From positions 744,001 to 808,000 of the forward strand of contig SMSO01000005.1 of NCBI GenBank assembly GCA_004764695.1: a DNA stretch of 64,000 bases, given 5' to 3'. The notes beneath the pieces were generated by a model. That model did not search any database. It was not told the origin of the DNA and saw only the letters and a program-made list of their open reading frames with translations. The position numbers were made by a program, and so were the translations under genes. The DNA comes from Schizochytrium sp. TIO01 (Eukaryota; Protista; Bigyra: Labyrinthulomycetes). Of this stretch, positions 33,740 to 45,531 are shown piece by piece (within the stretch, counting starts at the first letter, position 1; every line of letters begins with the position of its first letter).

Positions 33740-34390
33740 ATGGGTTCGAGCAGCTCGAAGAAGGCCAGTAGCGCTGCAAAACGTGCTAGCCGTGCAGACA
33801 ATTCTAAGGCAAGCCTGCCTGCCAAAGCCTCTTCTCACGGTCACCAACCGGTGCACCACGCGGCCGAGCCGCCTGTAGCCGCCCCGGCATCGAAGTCTGC
33901 TGGTGGCAAGGTTGTTGAACCTTTTCTTCAGGGTAACCAATGGATTATTGAGAATGTGGAGAACGGCTCATCCAGTGTAGATGTTCCCAAGCGCATGCAG
34001 GCAGTGGCACTATATGCCTGCAAGAATAGTGAGATCCACGTCAATGGCAAGTGCGCATCTGTGCAAATTGCTGGTGTCAACAAGTCAACCATTTACGTGG
34101 AGAATGTCGTCGGCAGTGTGGAGATCTCCAACTGTAAGAGCGTGAAGATCTTCGTCTCTGGTCTCGTGCCTTGCTTTACTATTGACAAGTGCGACGGTGT
34201 GCTCATTACTTTGAGCCAGGAGTGTGTGGAGAACCCCGACTTCATGATTGTCGCGGCTAACTCATCTGAAATGAACTGTGCTTTTGAGTTCCATGGTGAA
34301 ATGCGTGAGTTGCCCATTCCTGAGCAGTTCGTGCATAAACTAGATGGAGATCAGGTCGACACTCAGGTATCCTCTCTCTACAGCGCATAA
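33740..34390 (+). CDS. Cyclase-associated protein, C-terminal (CARP) domain only; G-actin-binding
   Basis: First in-frame ATG is at 33740 (MGSSSSKK...); the ORF track extends to a GTG at 33662. CAP_C motifs: QWIIEN, VALYACKNS, VNGKC, VVGSVEISNCK, VPCFTIDKCDG, SSEMN, ELPIPEQF. Confidence 0.88.
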   Translation: MGSSSSKKASSAAKRASRADNSKASLPAKASSHGHQPVHHAAEPPVAAPASKSAGGKVVEPFLQGNQWIIENVENGSSSVDVPKRMQAVALYACKNSEIHVNGKCASVQIAGVNKSTIYVENVVGSVEISNCKSVKIFVSGLVPCFTIDKCDGVLITLSQECVENPDFMIVAANSSEMNCAFEFHGEMRELPIPEQFVHKLDGDQVDTQVSSLYSA

Positions 34391-35791
34391 AGTAACATCT
34401 TCGAAGGATTTAGTAGAGTTCTTTTACACGACCCGTTTCCACATAGAGGTTTTTTGCTTTGGGCTTCTTCCTTTTAAAAGTAAGGACGTCGCCTCCTTTT
34501 TTTTCGTACAAAGCTTAAGCTTCTGCGCGCTTATGGGTATTTCAAAATTGTAACCACATTTTTATCCTAATGTGTCACAATTGCGCTTTGTTTCCTCATT
34601 TGGCAATTACCTTTGCAGTTTAAATTTTAACACCATGTGATTTGTTCTTCCTTTGCGTGCTATTCAATGTAGTTTCTATTGATTGCATCTGCCTCCCAGA
34701 CAGATTAGTCTGTATGACATTTCATAGAGGAACAGAGAATTTGTTGTGCTGCTGAGTTTACATGTTTCTGTCATACAACTGTAGAGTTCGTAGCTTTGCA
34801 CATTGGTAATTTAAGAATCCAAAGTTTGAAATTGTGTCTAATTTGAGCTGGTAAAACTTGATGGACGACCAAATAGATCACGGTAACGAGACAAGCTATT
34901 TGATAATGAGAGTTTTCAACTTTACAGGTAACGCAGATAGAAAACGAGGCATGCTAGATCCCATCTCAGGGATCTCAGATAGTCCACAATAGAGAACTTC
35001 GTTTCTTGTCTCCTTCAACACGTGTTTACCACGAGATGAGAAATGTTGCCACAAACTATTGCTCTGCCTCCCTTGTAACCGAGCCGTGAATCAAACCCTT
35101 GGAAAAGATCTAAATTCCCTCCCTCTGATCGCTATTCCGAATTTTCCAGGATTGAAATAGAGAGCGTTTGATGGAGACAAATGAGATCCCGGTTCATCGC
35201 TTTGGATTTTTTAAAATAGGCCGCCTATATGTCTTTATTAAATCCATAAAAGCAGAATGAGTTAGCTTGATCGTTTTCTTTATAGACTGTTTGCAAGCTG
35301 CGTATTTAAGTTTCGAGATTTCATGCAGAATGTAATTCTTTTAACGTATATACATCTAAGCCTGACTTAGAAGATTACAAATTCTAAATTTTGATGATTA
35401 CGTGCACACAGAGGTCTGGCAGTTCGTTCAGGAGTCAAACACAGCCTCAAAATATACAAACAAAAAGTTAAATCACTAGACAGATGGAGGGTCACGAAAA
35501 AAGGACATCACACAATAGTGTGGCAAGCAGTTATGACGCTCAAAGAAGGTGTTAAGCTGATCGAAATGATCAATTCTGTATATCATGCGCAGGTATTTCA
35601 TAGTAGGTGGTTAATCCTACTAATCAGTAAATCGGTCGGTGTTAAGTCTGACTACCTTTCTACTATTATCTACCTTTTCTATTAGTTAATTTGTTAGTAA
35701 AACTATTGCTAAGGCTATTGTTTTTAGTTAGACTTCCATGGTATCTATCTTACTTAGGCAGTCGAAAAGCCAAAAGATTGTTCATATCTGA

Positions 35792-35988
35792 ATGATCGCC
35801 GAGCCGCCCTCTGTTCCTTCGCTCTTCTTGCTTCGCGCAGTCAGAGATACTAGAAAAAGGAAGCCGTATCCTTTGCCTCGGCCTAGCCCGATAGGGCTTT
35901 GCGGACCTATGAACCCGCAGCAAGCTCTTGTTGTTCGTCTGTGTAGACACCTCGCCTCTAGAGACGATGTAGCAAAAGCCCTGACACA

Positions 35989-36037
<49 letters not shown>

Positions 36038-37450
36038 CAACAACAACAACAATCTCAGCAGTATGTACAACAAAACGCGCAGCAATCCTCCAGCGATGCG
36101 GTGTCTCGAAATGGAACAACCTCGCTCTTAGACGATGCGCTTCGTTGCCGAAAAACACTTGAAAACGCAGCTGCCAATGCAGATGAAGATAAATTTGATG
36201 AGATGGTGCAAACATTCTCCACACCGACACTTATGGAAACCCTTGAAATCTGTTGTGGAGATTTGGGACTTCTTTCTCCAGAATCAGTATTGGACACTTT
36301 GGAACGGTATGAATTTCGATCCGTGGACCACAGTGATGACCAGGAGGTTCTCTATGATTCTCTTCAAACTGTACTTATGTCTGGGCTAACAAGCCCTCAA
36401 GCCGGAGAGGTGTTCTCTGCGTTATGCTCCATGCTTAGGTCATGTCCCGAGAATGTTCGTGATGAGGCAGCTTTGTGGGCTGGCCGTTTTGTTCTCCTTG
36501 ACCAGTCCAGAAGTGAGGCCACAAGAATTAATCGTAAATTGAATATGGCCGGCAAGATCATGCGTGTATTCATTGAACGGCATGGTGTAGAAACAGAGGA
36601 AGGGTCTCTACTTATGAGTCCTTCGTCTTCTGTTGTGGGAGACGGGTCCTACATTGACCCATCAACGAGAAGTGATAGCTTGCATACTTCTGCAGCTGCG
36701 ATGCCGGATCAGAATGGCCACCACCAAGCTACCTCCTCATCTCCTGGAGAACCTGCAGGTACTGATACTCCTTCTTCCTCAGGAACAGCATCATCAGGAC
36801 GAAAATCCTTTGTAGTAAAGAAAAGGGGCCTTTTCTCAAGTTTGAAGTCAAAGATGAAAGGATTTAGTCGTAGTGCAGGAAATTCTGGAGACGCGCATGC
36901 CGCACCTAGTAATGCACCATCAAACCACACTGCGAATTCCACTGCCAGCGAAGCGCTTCGTCATTCCAATATAGCTCGTGATGAAATCCCTGCAACACAT
37001 CGGCTCAGCATCGCAGACTATAATATGCTTTCTGTACGCAAATCACAAACTAAGGAGGAACTTATTCAAAAATACGGCCGACCCCCTGCACCTCCACCTC
37101 TTCACTCACCCCACCCACCCTCGCATGCTTCAGCTTCAAGTGGTGAAATTCATTCATCCGGACGGATGTTGCAGCATCAGCACGAAAAGCAGCGTCCACA
37201 CTCATTCCGTGCCTCGATGACTGTATCTGCGCCTCCAACAGAACAGTCTCAACATCAACCTAAAGATCAGTGGCAACATACTGGTTCCCAGAGGTTAGCT
37301 GGTGCAGCGCCCAGTGAATTTCAATCACAGCGAGACTCTTCATCTCAAGGAGGCGTGTTTAATTCAGTGGAGAGGCGGCGGTCGCTTTCTACCTCAGATG
37401 TTAAGAAAACTGATGAGTCTTCAGCTACCGAGCTTGAAGATATTTTGTAG
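35792..37450 (+). CDS. Hypothetical protein with poly-Q tract, helical N-terminal domain and disordered Ser/Pro/His-rich tail
   Basis: 552-aa ORF with an in-frame (CAG)n(CAA)n tract at about 35987-36051. The start may be the second ATG (MNPQQ, about 35909). No family recognised. Confidence 0.7.
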
Positions 37451-38465
37451 TTTCTCATCCAAAGTAAATATAGGCCCCTTACATCATTACCATATAGGCA
37501 CGCTATCGCAGAGCTCGTTTATGTCGCCAAGGCCTACCCCATATATCATTGTCAGATACTGAAAATAAATACTACAAAGAACAACTTCATCTCCCTAGCG
37601 ACTATATTTTGACATGTCTTCAAAGTAAGGGATATGGCAGTCTATTCAGACAAAAGAAGAAGAAAAAAAGAGGGAGGGAGTGAGCAATATTTGGACGACG
37701 ACACAGCAAATGAGGAAGATATTTAAGTCCAATCGTAGCATCCATTCCCTTGCTTATTCTCATTATGCTGTCCTATTTTTGTGGAAACGTAGTTTGAAAA
37801 TAAACTCAGAGTCCCCAAAGCTAATTCAGTGAACTACTCAATAATTCCCAGAAGTATCTGAGACATTTCAAGTTACTGAAGCTAATGCAGCTCTTTTCAA
37901 CATGTCAAAACCTAATTTTCGAGACAGTACAGAATTTCATGTTAAAACTATTTTAAAAGATGCACCATTATTTGTATCACTGAGGTCTAGGTAGGTTATT
38001 GCTCCATGAGCATATGCTTTATGGGATACATACGGAACAACTCTCCACCGAAACAATACCATCTAAATGATTTGAATCTGTACAGAACACGATGTTTTGT
38101 TGGATTTTCCCAAATTTCAGGGGTCTAATAACCAACAGGGACCCTATTTACCACTTAAGGTACTGCCTACCTACTTTGCGGCTAGTAGTATGCTGTTTTT
38201 GCCTCATAGCAAAATTAATAGTAAGACATAGTGGGTAAGCAGAACAGAGCTCAGACCACTCGCGGTTGGTCCACGGTGGGTACTATTAGTAGGTAGGTAT
38301 ACCGATGACTTACCGGTGGTCTGTAGTACAACAACAAGGGAGGAACAGCAAAACTTCAGGTTTGACGGTGGCTGAGGGTTTCTTGTGCTGTTTGGGTCGG
38401 AGACAACTTGGTTGGCTTGTGACTAAAACGTAGGGAAGATAACTTCAGAAGAGTGTCCTACCGAG

Positions 38466-39932
38466 ATGGCGGCGCCTGTTCGTCAGTGCGCCGCACAGCT
38501 GCTTGGACTGCCAACCAAGCAGCTGATTCTTGCACCTATGGTTGATGCGAGTGAACTCGCGTTTCGCGCTTTATGCCGCAAGTATGGTACCCGCATCTGT
38601 TGGACCCCTATGTTGCATTCTCGGTTATTCTGTGAGAATGAGGTGTACAGAGCGGAAAAGTTTACTACAGACGCAGCAGACCGTCCTTTGGTTGTGCAGT
38701 TCTGTGGTCATGACAAAGACGTGCTTCTTGAGGCTGCAAAGATGGTGGAAGCTCAATGCGATATGATAGACCTTAACCTAGGCTGTCCCCAGGACATTGC
38801 TCGCCGCGGTCGGTACGGAGCTTTTCTCATGGAGGAGGTTGAATTGCTTGAGGAGATTGTCTCGCATTTAAGCAAGAACCTCAAGGTTCCTGTCTCATGC
38901 AAAATCCGCATCTTTCCCGAATTGGAGCGCACGCTAGACCTTGCACGGCGCCTCGAGGCTAGCGGAGCTTCGCTTATCACGGTTCATGGACGCACAAAAG
39001 AACAAAATAAGGAGGGTCGTGGTCATTCTGATTGGCAAGTTATCCGGAAAGTAAAAGACTCTGTCAAGATTCCGGTCATTGCTAATGGAAGCATCGGTGT
39101 TCGCTCCGATATTCAAAGGTGTCTTGATGCTTCAAATGCAGATGGAGTTATGTCTGCGGAGGCGATCTTAGAGAACCCTGCTTTAGGGCTGCCTGAGGGT
39201 GAAACTATGCCAGAACCAACACAACTAGCAAGAGAGTACCTGGATTTTGCTGAAAAGTACAATGAGGGTTGCAAAATCACCCGTGCACACTTGTTCAAGA
39301 TTCTGCATGGAATTTTTGATGTGCACAAAGACTTTCGTCTTGCATTTGCGGAACGTAGCTCTTCTGAGGGTTGGCTTCCTTTCTACCGCACTATGCTTGA
39401 CAAGGTTGAAGCTATGCACGGTGAAAACGGGTCTTGTAAAGAGGTGCGTTGCCGTACTCAACAAAGTGGCTATGGTCCAGGCTATGACCGCCACTTACAT
39501 CGTAACCCTGACCTTTATGAAAAGGACCCCAAAACGGGAGAACTGGTTGTCACTGGAGTTCCAAGTGATGCTAAAGGTGAGGTCCTGATTGATCGTGCTG
39601 TGCGTCGGCTTCGTAAACGGCACGGCAAGCTTCGTGGCCAAGTTGGTTGGCTTCGCAGGCGCTGCAAGACTGGCCAGGCCACAAAGGAAGACCTTGAAAA
39701 ATTTGAAGCAGATGTTGCTGCGCTGGAGGAAGCCCTCGCAAGTGGGCTCAAGGGTCTGGAAACTTTGGATGCGAAATCTCCAAACTTAGAGGACGAGATT
39801 GCACGGGCTACCCATGCATATGATGTCATTGCATCGCAAGAAGTTGGAAGAAAACATGTTCCAACGTTGCGAGGTAGAGCAGCAATAAATCCTGATGGCA
39901 GGGATTCCAAAAAGCAAAAGATGGATTCATAA
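38466..39932 (+). CDS. DUS1: tRNA-dihydrouridine synthase, DUS1-like
   Basis: LAPMVDASELAFR, TPMLHSRLF, DRPLVVQFCG, IDLNLGCPQDIARRGRYGAFL, PVSCKIR, TVHGR, PVIANG, DGVMSAE, LENPA, AHLFKILH. Confidence 0.88.
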   Translation: MAAPVRQCAAQLLGLPTKQLILAPMVDASELAFRALCRKYGTRICWTPMLHSRLFCENEVYRAEKFTTDAADRPLVVQFCGHDKDVLLEAAKMVEAQCDMIDLNLGCPQDIARRGRYGAFLMEEVELLEEIVSHLSKNLKVPVSCKIRIFPELERTLDLARRLEASGASLITVHGRTKEQNKEGRGHSDWQVIRKVKDSVKIPVIANGSIGVRSDIQRCLDASNADGVMSAEAILENPALGLPEGETMPEPTQLAREYLDFAEKYNEGCKITRAHLFKILHGIFDVHKDFRLAFAERSSSEGWLPFYRTMLDKVEAMHGENGSCKEVRCRTQQSGYGPGYDRHLHRNPDLYEKDPKTGELVVTGVPSDAKGEVLIDRAVRRLRKRHGKLRGQVGWLRRRCKTGQATKEDLEKFEADVAALEEALASGLKGLETLDAKSPNLEDEIARATHAYDVIASQEVGRKHVPTLRGRAAINPDGRDSKKQKMDS

Positions 39933-40114
39933 GTCAAACTGCGTATCGTGTCTACGTTCCTTTGGTGTCTACAGTATTATAGGCAGATAAAGAATCTGCT
40001 ACACGGATTAAGAGACAGTCCGTAACCTTTTCAAAATAAAATACTCTTTTACCATGGATGAGTTCTCGCTGCGAGCCAACTATTGCCTAATATATTCCTT
40101 TCTTTTTTCTGACT

Positions 40115-41836
40115 CTAGGTCAATGACGAACCTTCTTTTTGGCGACCTAAAATTGCTGCTCGAATAGATTGAAATCTTTGCGCGCACTCTTTGGCACTCC
40201 GACCCGGGACACCTGCAGCAATACTCTGCCATTTTTCTTTTACGTCTGAGAGTTTTGCAAACCGAGAAAGGCCAGCTTCAAGTTGCATTTGCTCGGCTGG
40301 AGTCCATGAGTCGGTGCTATCGTTTTCACCCATACTGCTATTGCTGCTGCTGCCGCCGCCGCCGCCGCCGCCGCCGCTGTTGCCGCTGTTTGCTGGTGAG
40401 GATTTGCTTCCTAGAATATTAACAAAATTTTTGATTTTGGCTGCTTGTGTTGCACAGTCTTGCTCGCTTCGAGTCTGGTTGCTACAACTAGTCATATTCA
40501 CCATGTTGCTGATAGTGAGCCAGCGATTGCGAGTCCCTCCTGGAAATTTTGCAAGAGCCTTAGCAAGAACTGCAAGCTCTGCTTCGGACCAAGGAGTAGA
40601 ATTTGTTGTCTGCCCTGATCCTCTTGACCCAGAAAGATCAAGCAATTCCTGTTCACGTGACTGGTAAAGCTTGCGTGCTTGTTTGCGTATTTTTACAATG
40701 AACTTGTCTAGGTCAGGATTCTGCTCAGTATAAACTTTTGCAGATCCCAGACTTGATACGAAAGACCGTAACTGCAACATTAATTTGTTCAAATCTTCAG
40801 TGGAGTACGCAGGTGTAGAATTTAAGTATTTGATATCATCAAGCGTGAACTCCTCAAAGGGTAGCGATTGTGCATATTTTGAAATGTCTTTTGCCAGCTG
40901 TTGTCGTTCATCCTTTTCCTTCTTTGCGAGGGCTTCTGCTTCGGCAGCAGCCTTCTCTTGAGCTAAGCACTCGTCTCTCTGACGTTGAAGGGCTTCTTCA
41001 CGCTCTTTCTGTGCATTTTGGCTCCGCTGTTTTGCAGCTTCACGCTTTTCTTGCTCCTCTTGCTCGCGACGTTCGAGCAAGGTTTTCTGCTCCTCCTGGT
41101 CTTGCATAGCTTGAACTTTCGCTTCTTGACGTTGCTTCCACCACGTTGGGATTTGCAGAATATTTCTAATGAAAGCAATGATAAAAATATCAGTGAATCT
41201 AGGCCGAACAAACACACCTTCGCGATCAAGAGCCGCGAGAACTTCTTTTCGAATCATGGCAATATCAGCCGTGTCGTTCTTATTAGTTGGTTTGCCACGT
41301 CTCTTTGAGGATACTTGATTTGGTCTAGCCATTGATGACATAATTTGTTGAACTTGCACGTCGATTGCAGGGAGGCGCGAAGCGTTGCGTTGATACCTTT
41401 CCCACAACAAGCCATAGTGAAGGATGCTGAAAAGAATGACCAAAATTGTCCATGCGGCTCGTAAATCAGTCTGGGCACGGTAGTATCGATACGAATTGTA
41501 GAGACGCTCTTCAGGGTGAGCAAGAAAATAATCGTAATCTGAGCGCTTGGTAGGGTCGCTGAGGATTTCGTTTGCTGCAGCTACCTTGACAAATTGGGCT
41601 TCGTCACCGCCTTCTCGGTCTGGGTGGAACTCGAGGCTTAGTTTGCGATAAGCACTCTTAATTTCCCTTGGTGTTGCTGTAAATCCCACACCCAGAACTG
41701 AATAACAATTGTCTTCACCACAATACATTTGTTCTCTGCCGTGAATTCCTGGAATGTATGTGCAGAGAATTAGCAATAGTAGATAGACCTTGCACAACCA
41801 TCGGCCCCACCCATCGTGGCTCTGTGCCAACGCCAT
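40115..41836 (-). CDS. Membrane-anchored J-domain co-chaperone with two C-terminal SANT/Myb repeats (DNAJC25/DNAJC1/DNAJC2-like)
   Basis: Hydrophobic signal segment, MYCGEDNCYSVLGV, J domain with HPD (LSLEFHPDR), TM helix (AAWTILVILFSILHYGLLW), charged coiled coil, SANT1 (WSEAELAVLAKALAKFPGGTRNRW), SANT2 (WTPAEQMQLE...WQSIAAGVPGRSAKEC). Confidence 0.88.
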   Translation of the reverse strand: MALAQSHDGWGRWLCKVYLLLLILCTYIPGIHGREQMYCGEDNCYSVLGVGFTATPREIKSAYRKLSLEFHPDREGGDEAQFVKVAAANEILSDPTKRSDYDYFLAHPEERLYNSYRYYRAQTDLRAAWTILVILFSILHYGLLWERYQRNASRLPAIDVQVQQIMSSMARPNQVSSKRRGKPTNKNDTADIAMIRKEVLAALDREGVFVRPRFTDIFIIAFIRNILQIPTWWKQRQEAKVQAMQDQEEQKTLLERREQEEQEKREAAKQRSQNAQKEREEALQRQRDECLAQEKAAAEAEALAKKEKDERQQLAKDISKYAQSLPFEEFTLDDIKYLNSTPAYSTEDLNKLMLQLRSFVSSLGSAKVYTEQNPDLDKFIVKIRKQARKLYQSREQELLDLSGSRGSGQTTNSTPWSEAELAVLAKALAKFPGGTRNRWLTISNMVNMTSCSNQTRSEQDCATQAAKIKNFVNILGSKSSPANSGNSGGGGGGGGSSSNSSMGENDSTDSWTPAEQMQLEAGLSRFAKLSDVKEKWQSIAAGVPGRSAKECAQRFQSIRAAILGRQKEGSSLT

Positions 41837-44151
41837 CGGAAGGAACAGGATTCAACTACCTTGTAGGACGTGTTATGTTATGCACTACTCAGATTGAACC
41901 TGGGCACAGAGGAGTTCTTTCTTGCGGGCCACCACCTGGCCGCGTTTGAGAAGAAAAAAAGTCTAGCTGAGCATCGGCGACAACTTTTAAGTATATGTGG
42001 TCGTCAAAAAGCAGGGTCACATTTTATTTTACTGCTAGCTCACTACTCCTAGACATTATTACCACTGCTAAGGCAGCTAATTATATAGCTTCTGGCTCAG
42101 GTAGGGGATGTTAGTGCTTTGGAGTTGTAGATTTTTAATGATGATTGCTACATACGGGTCAGCCCAAACCTTCGCATATATCCTCTTGAAGATAAATTTG
42201 AAATCATGCTGCACTGCTAAAAATAGTTAATGATTTCCAGGTTATCATTTTCTGTCTATTCGTTGACCTGTATATTCACTAACACTATTTGAAAAGGCCA
42301 TATGACTGCATGTTCTCCTTGATAACATACGTTATTTATGCAGAAACCCACTATCCGATTTGTTTCATCGTGGAAGTCGTAAGTGATATTTATTGGGGAA
42401 ACTGACGTCCTCGTCAATGCATTAAATGATTCCATGTTATAAAGTAAAGAACAATTCTGGTTTGGCATTTCCCCAATCAGATATGTACCTACTTTGAAAA
42501 CTGCGAAGTAACACCATTACCCCTTGCAAGGGATGCATGTATGGCTAGGATATTCTATATTTTCGGATTCTCCTCTGTTTGTTGTTTTGATAAAACTCCC
42601 TTTGACAACGGATTCTATCTTTATCTGTGTGATGTATATTGATAAAATCTTTTGCATGGTTCCAATTATGATGTCTAAGTCTTATGGTTAAGATAATCTT
42701 TTAATATAATTCCACAGATAACCTCCTTTTCTATCTAGCATGACCTTTTCATCTATGCAATGCTGCTCCTCCGTCAGGTAGGATTGTCAAGAACGAAGAC
42801 AGAACTCGCAATCGCTACTATGCGAGTCATCTTAGTAGCTCACCACACATGTGGAAGAGTAGCACATTGATTGCGTACAAGCTTTCATTCAAAATAAAAG
42901 GAGAGAATGAGACAAGCTGTGACTTCTTCATCTTAACTTAACTTTCCAATCAGAATATTGCGCTGGTCTTCGGGTATCAAACTCGCAGCTATGTCCTTTG
43001 GTCCATAATAAAAAGTTTAATAACTCTAATAGGCGCTGCGACGTGTGCAAAGTCGGGACCCAACAAGAAGGGGTGTCGGTAAGACTTCTGTGAAGAGAAA
43101 GAAAAGAAAAAGATCCGTTGCGCACAAACTCTTAGCGGTTTTGTCTACGAATGAAATGGCTGAGCGATTACAGGAGAAGTGGTAGTGAAACTGCTTAGAT
43201 TGAATATCGGCCGTCTTGAAGAATGATGGAAACTTATCCAAATATCACTGCTTCGAATGTTTATGATTAATATCTATTGATATTTAGTAGAAAGAAGAGC
43301 GAAGGTCCGTGCCTTTAACACGACTTCAGCGTCAATTGAAAGAAGGCATTCATGCACTTAGCTTGTTGTTTGTTCCGCTTTACTTCAGGATAAGATGTAG
43401 TATTTTGAATATTTGAGATAAATATCACACCTATGTAGATAGCCTACTTTTAAACCAGGACATATCCATGTTGTGCGACGACACGATTTTGGAGGTACAG
43501 ACATACGAAAGGAACCATTTCAAAGTTTGGACGGCTAGTTGCTAACGTAAAAAACAGGGAAGCGATTGGGTCAAGGCTACCCACTCAAGTACAGGAAAAG
43601 GAATGGAAATGTTATTGAGTAGAATAACGTTTTTTGTTTGATTTTTTTTTTTTTTTTTAAAATAGTTTATTTGTTCCTTATAAAACTAAAGACAAAGAAA
43701 AGAGATGGTGTGTTGCTGTGGTTTTTGGAGAGAAACAAGTAGTAGAACGCAGGGCAGGTGCCCTTGGTTTTGATATCTTCCGTGGGTCCGTCCGGACGGC
43801 ACAGTGTAAAGCTAGAATAGCGGATACTCGCTGTTGACTGTACTGTTTTAAAATTATTTGTTTATTTATTTATGTTGAAAGAAATTAAACTAAAACTAAT
43901 TTCAAGTTGCTTTCCTACAATAAAAGTAGTTCACGTGTCTACTACAAATCATTCATTCATTCATTCATACACGTGAATAGCACATCATAAAATTCTTCGT
44001 AGCTAAAGTATTGTGCATAGTTCTCTTTTAAAGTGTAAAGTTGATGCTGTTGAAACAAACGTAAAACGTGAGTGATTCTGTTTAGGTCTCGAGTTAAAAA
44101 GGAACTCCCCAGCAGCTGGCCTTTTCGAAATGCAAAATTGCAACCTAAGCC

Positions 44152-45531
44152 ATGCCAAGAGAAGCAGAGTGGAGCAATGCTCCTGGCAAAGGCATCGCTT
44201 CTGACTTCGTTCACACGTCCTCTTTAGAAGCACCAAGTCGCAGCGGGCAGGGTAGCAGCACTGAGGATAGAGAGTTATTAAAGAACGCGTTCATAATTTC
44301 AGGCAACAAAAATGAAAAAGGCGCGGAAGAGGAGCGAGAAGACAATTCGTTTCAAGCACTTGCTCTGGACCAGTCTAGTAGCGATGGTCGTGAGCTCTCA
44401 GTTTCACTTTCAAGTGGAGAGATTATAAGCCAGAAACGGCATGTGGCTGAACGAAAGCTTCTTCGATTGCTCAAGCATGATGGCGCGCAACAAAGTCTAC
44501 GTGAAGCTCAAGAACTGCTCAAAATCGTGAATGTAAACTGGCACAGAGGAGAAATTCTTCGAAGTGCAATCGATTACAACGCTTTAGAAATCGTAGAATT
44601 ACTTTTGAGATGCCAAGAACTCGAAGTAGGTAACGAGTTAAGCGAAGGGCTCATTCGCGTTGCTTCGTGGAAGCGAAAGTGTTCAGACATGGCTAGCTTG
44701 CTGCTTGGTGATAGACGTTGTGATCCTAATTATAGAGAAAATGCTGCTCTTTTACAGTCTGTAAGTCATGTAAATGAAGATCTGCTGATGCTTTTACTTT
44801 ACACTGAGCGAACAACACCCGGAGCGTATGGGAATAAAGCTCTGTGCAAAGCTTGTCGAAAAGGATACAAGGAAGTAGCTAGATTGTTGCTCGAATTCGG
44901 CAAGGACGTTAAGCCGTTTGAGCCTCGAAATAAACCGCTGATACTGGCAGCATCGCATGGTCGAAGAAGTATTGTCCGTATGCTATTGGACCAAGATGGA
45001 GTTGATCCAAGCGCAAGTAGCAATCAGGCTATCAGAGATGCCGCTCTTCATGGCCATGAAGATGTTGTTGAACTCTTAGTTAATGATGGTCGTTGCGACC
45101 CAAGTGCGTTATCGCAGGCCGCATTGAAGAACGCAGCCTCCCGCGGCCACCTTCAAGTAGTAAAAGCACTTGTAAGAGACAAACGTGTTAATGTGAGTTG
45201 TGATGATTTTGAGGCAATCTGTCGTGCCATGCGCAACAAACACCCCAAAGTAGCTCAGTTTCTGGCACGTGAAGGACGTGTGCGGCTTCAGCAATTCAAG
45301 GATGATCCGCGTGTGTTGCGTCCTGGAAGTGCTTTGATTTCCCCTCCACCACCTGCATCTCCACCTCCTCTTGCTCAATCTAAAACCTCGGACGTTCCTT
45401 TAGTTTTACTAGATCGACAGGTGGTTGGTGATGACCCTGAGAACATGCCATCCGTTGTTCAAACTGCAATCGAAAAACAGCGTACACGCGTCCAAAATCA
45501 AACAAATTCTGCTTCATGCGTACTTTCCTAA
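44152..45531 (+). CDS. Ankyrin-repeat protein with C-terminal CaaX box (CVLS)
   Basis: Repeats such as DPSASSNQAIRDAALHGHEDVVELLV, DPSALSQAALKNAASRGHLQVVKALV and NKPLILAASHGRRSIVRMLL; Pro-rich linker; ends SASCVLS-stop. Confidence 0.88.
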   Translation: MPREAEWSNAPGKGIASDFVHTSSLEAPSRSGQGSSTEDRELLKNAFIISGNKNEKGAEEEREDNSFQALALDQSSSDGRELSVSLSSGEIISQKRHVAERKLLRLLKHDGAQQSLREAQELLKIVNVNWHRGEILRSAIDYNALEIVELLLRCQELEVGNELSEGLIRVASWKRKCSDMASLLLGDRRCDPNYRENAALLQSVSHVNEDLLMLLLYTERTTPGAYGNKALCKACRKGYKEVARLLLEFGKDVKPFEPRNKPLILAASHGRRSIVRMLLDQDGVDPSASSNQAIRDAALHGHEDVVELLVNDGRCDPSALSQAALKNAASRGHLQVVKALVRDKRVNVSCDDFEAICRAMRNKHPKVAQFLAREGRVRLQQFKDDPRVLRPGSALISPPPPASPPPLAQSKTSDVPLVLLDRQVVGDDPENMPSVVQTAIEKQRTRVQNQTNSASCVLS

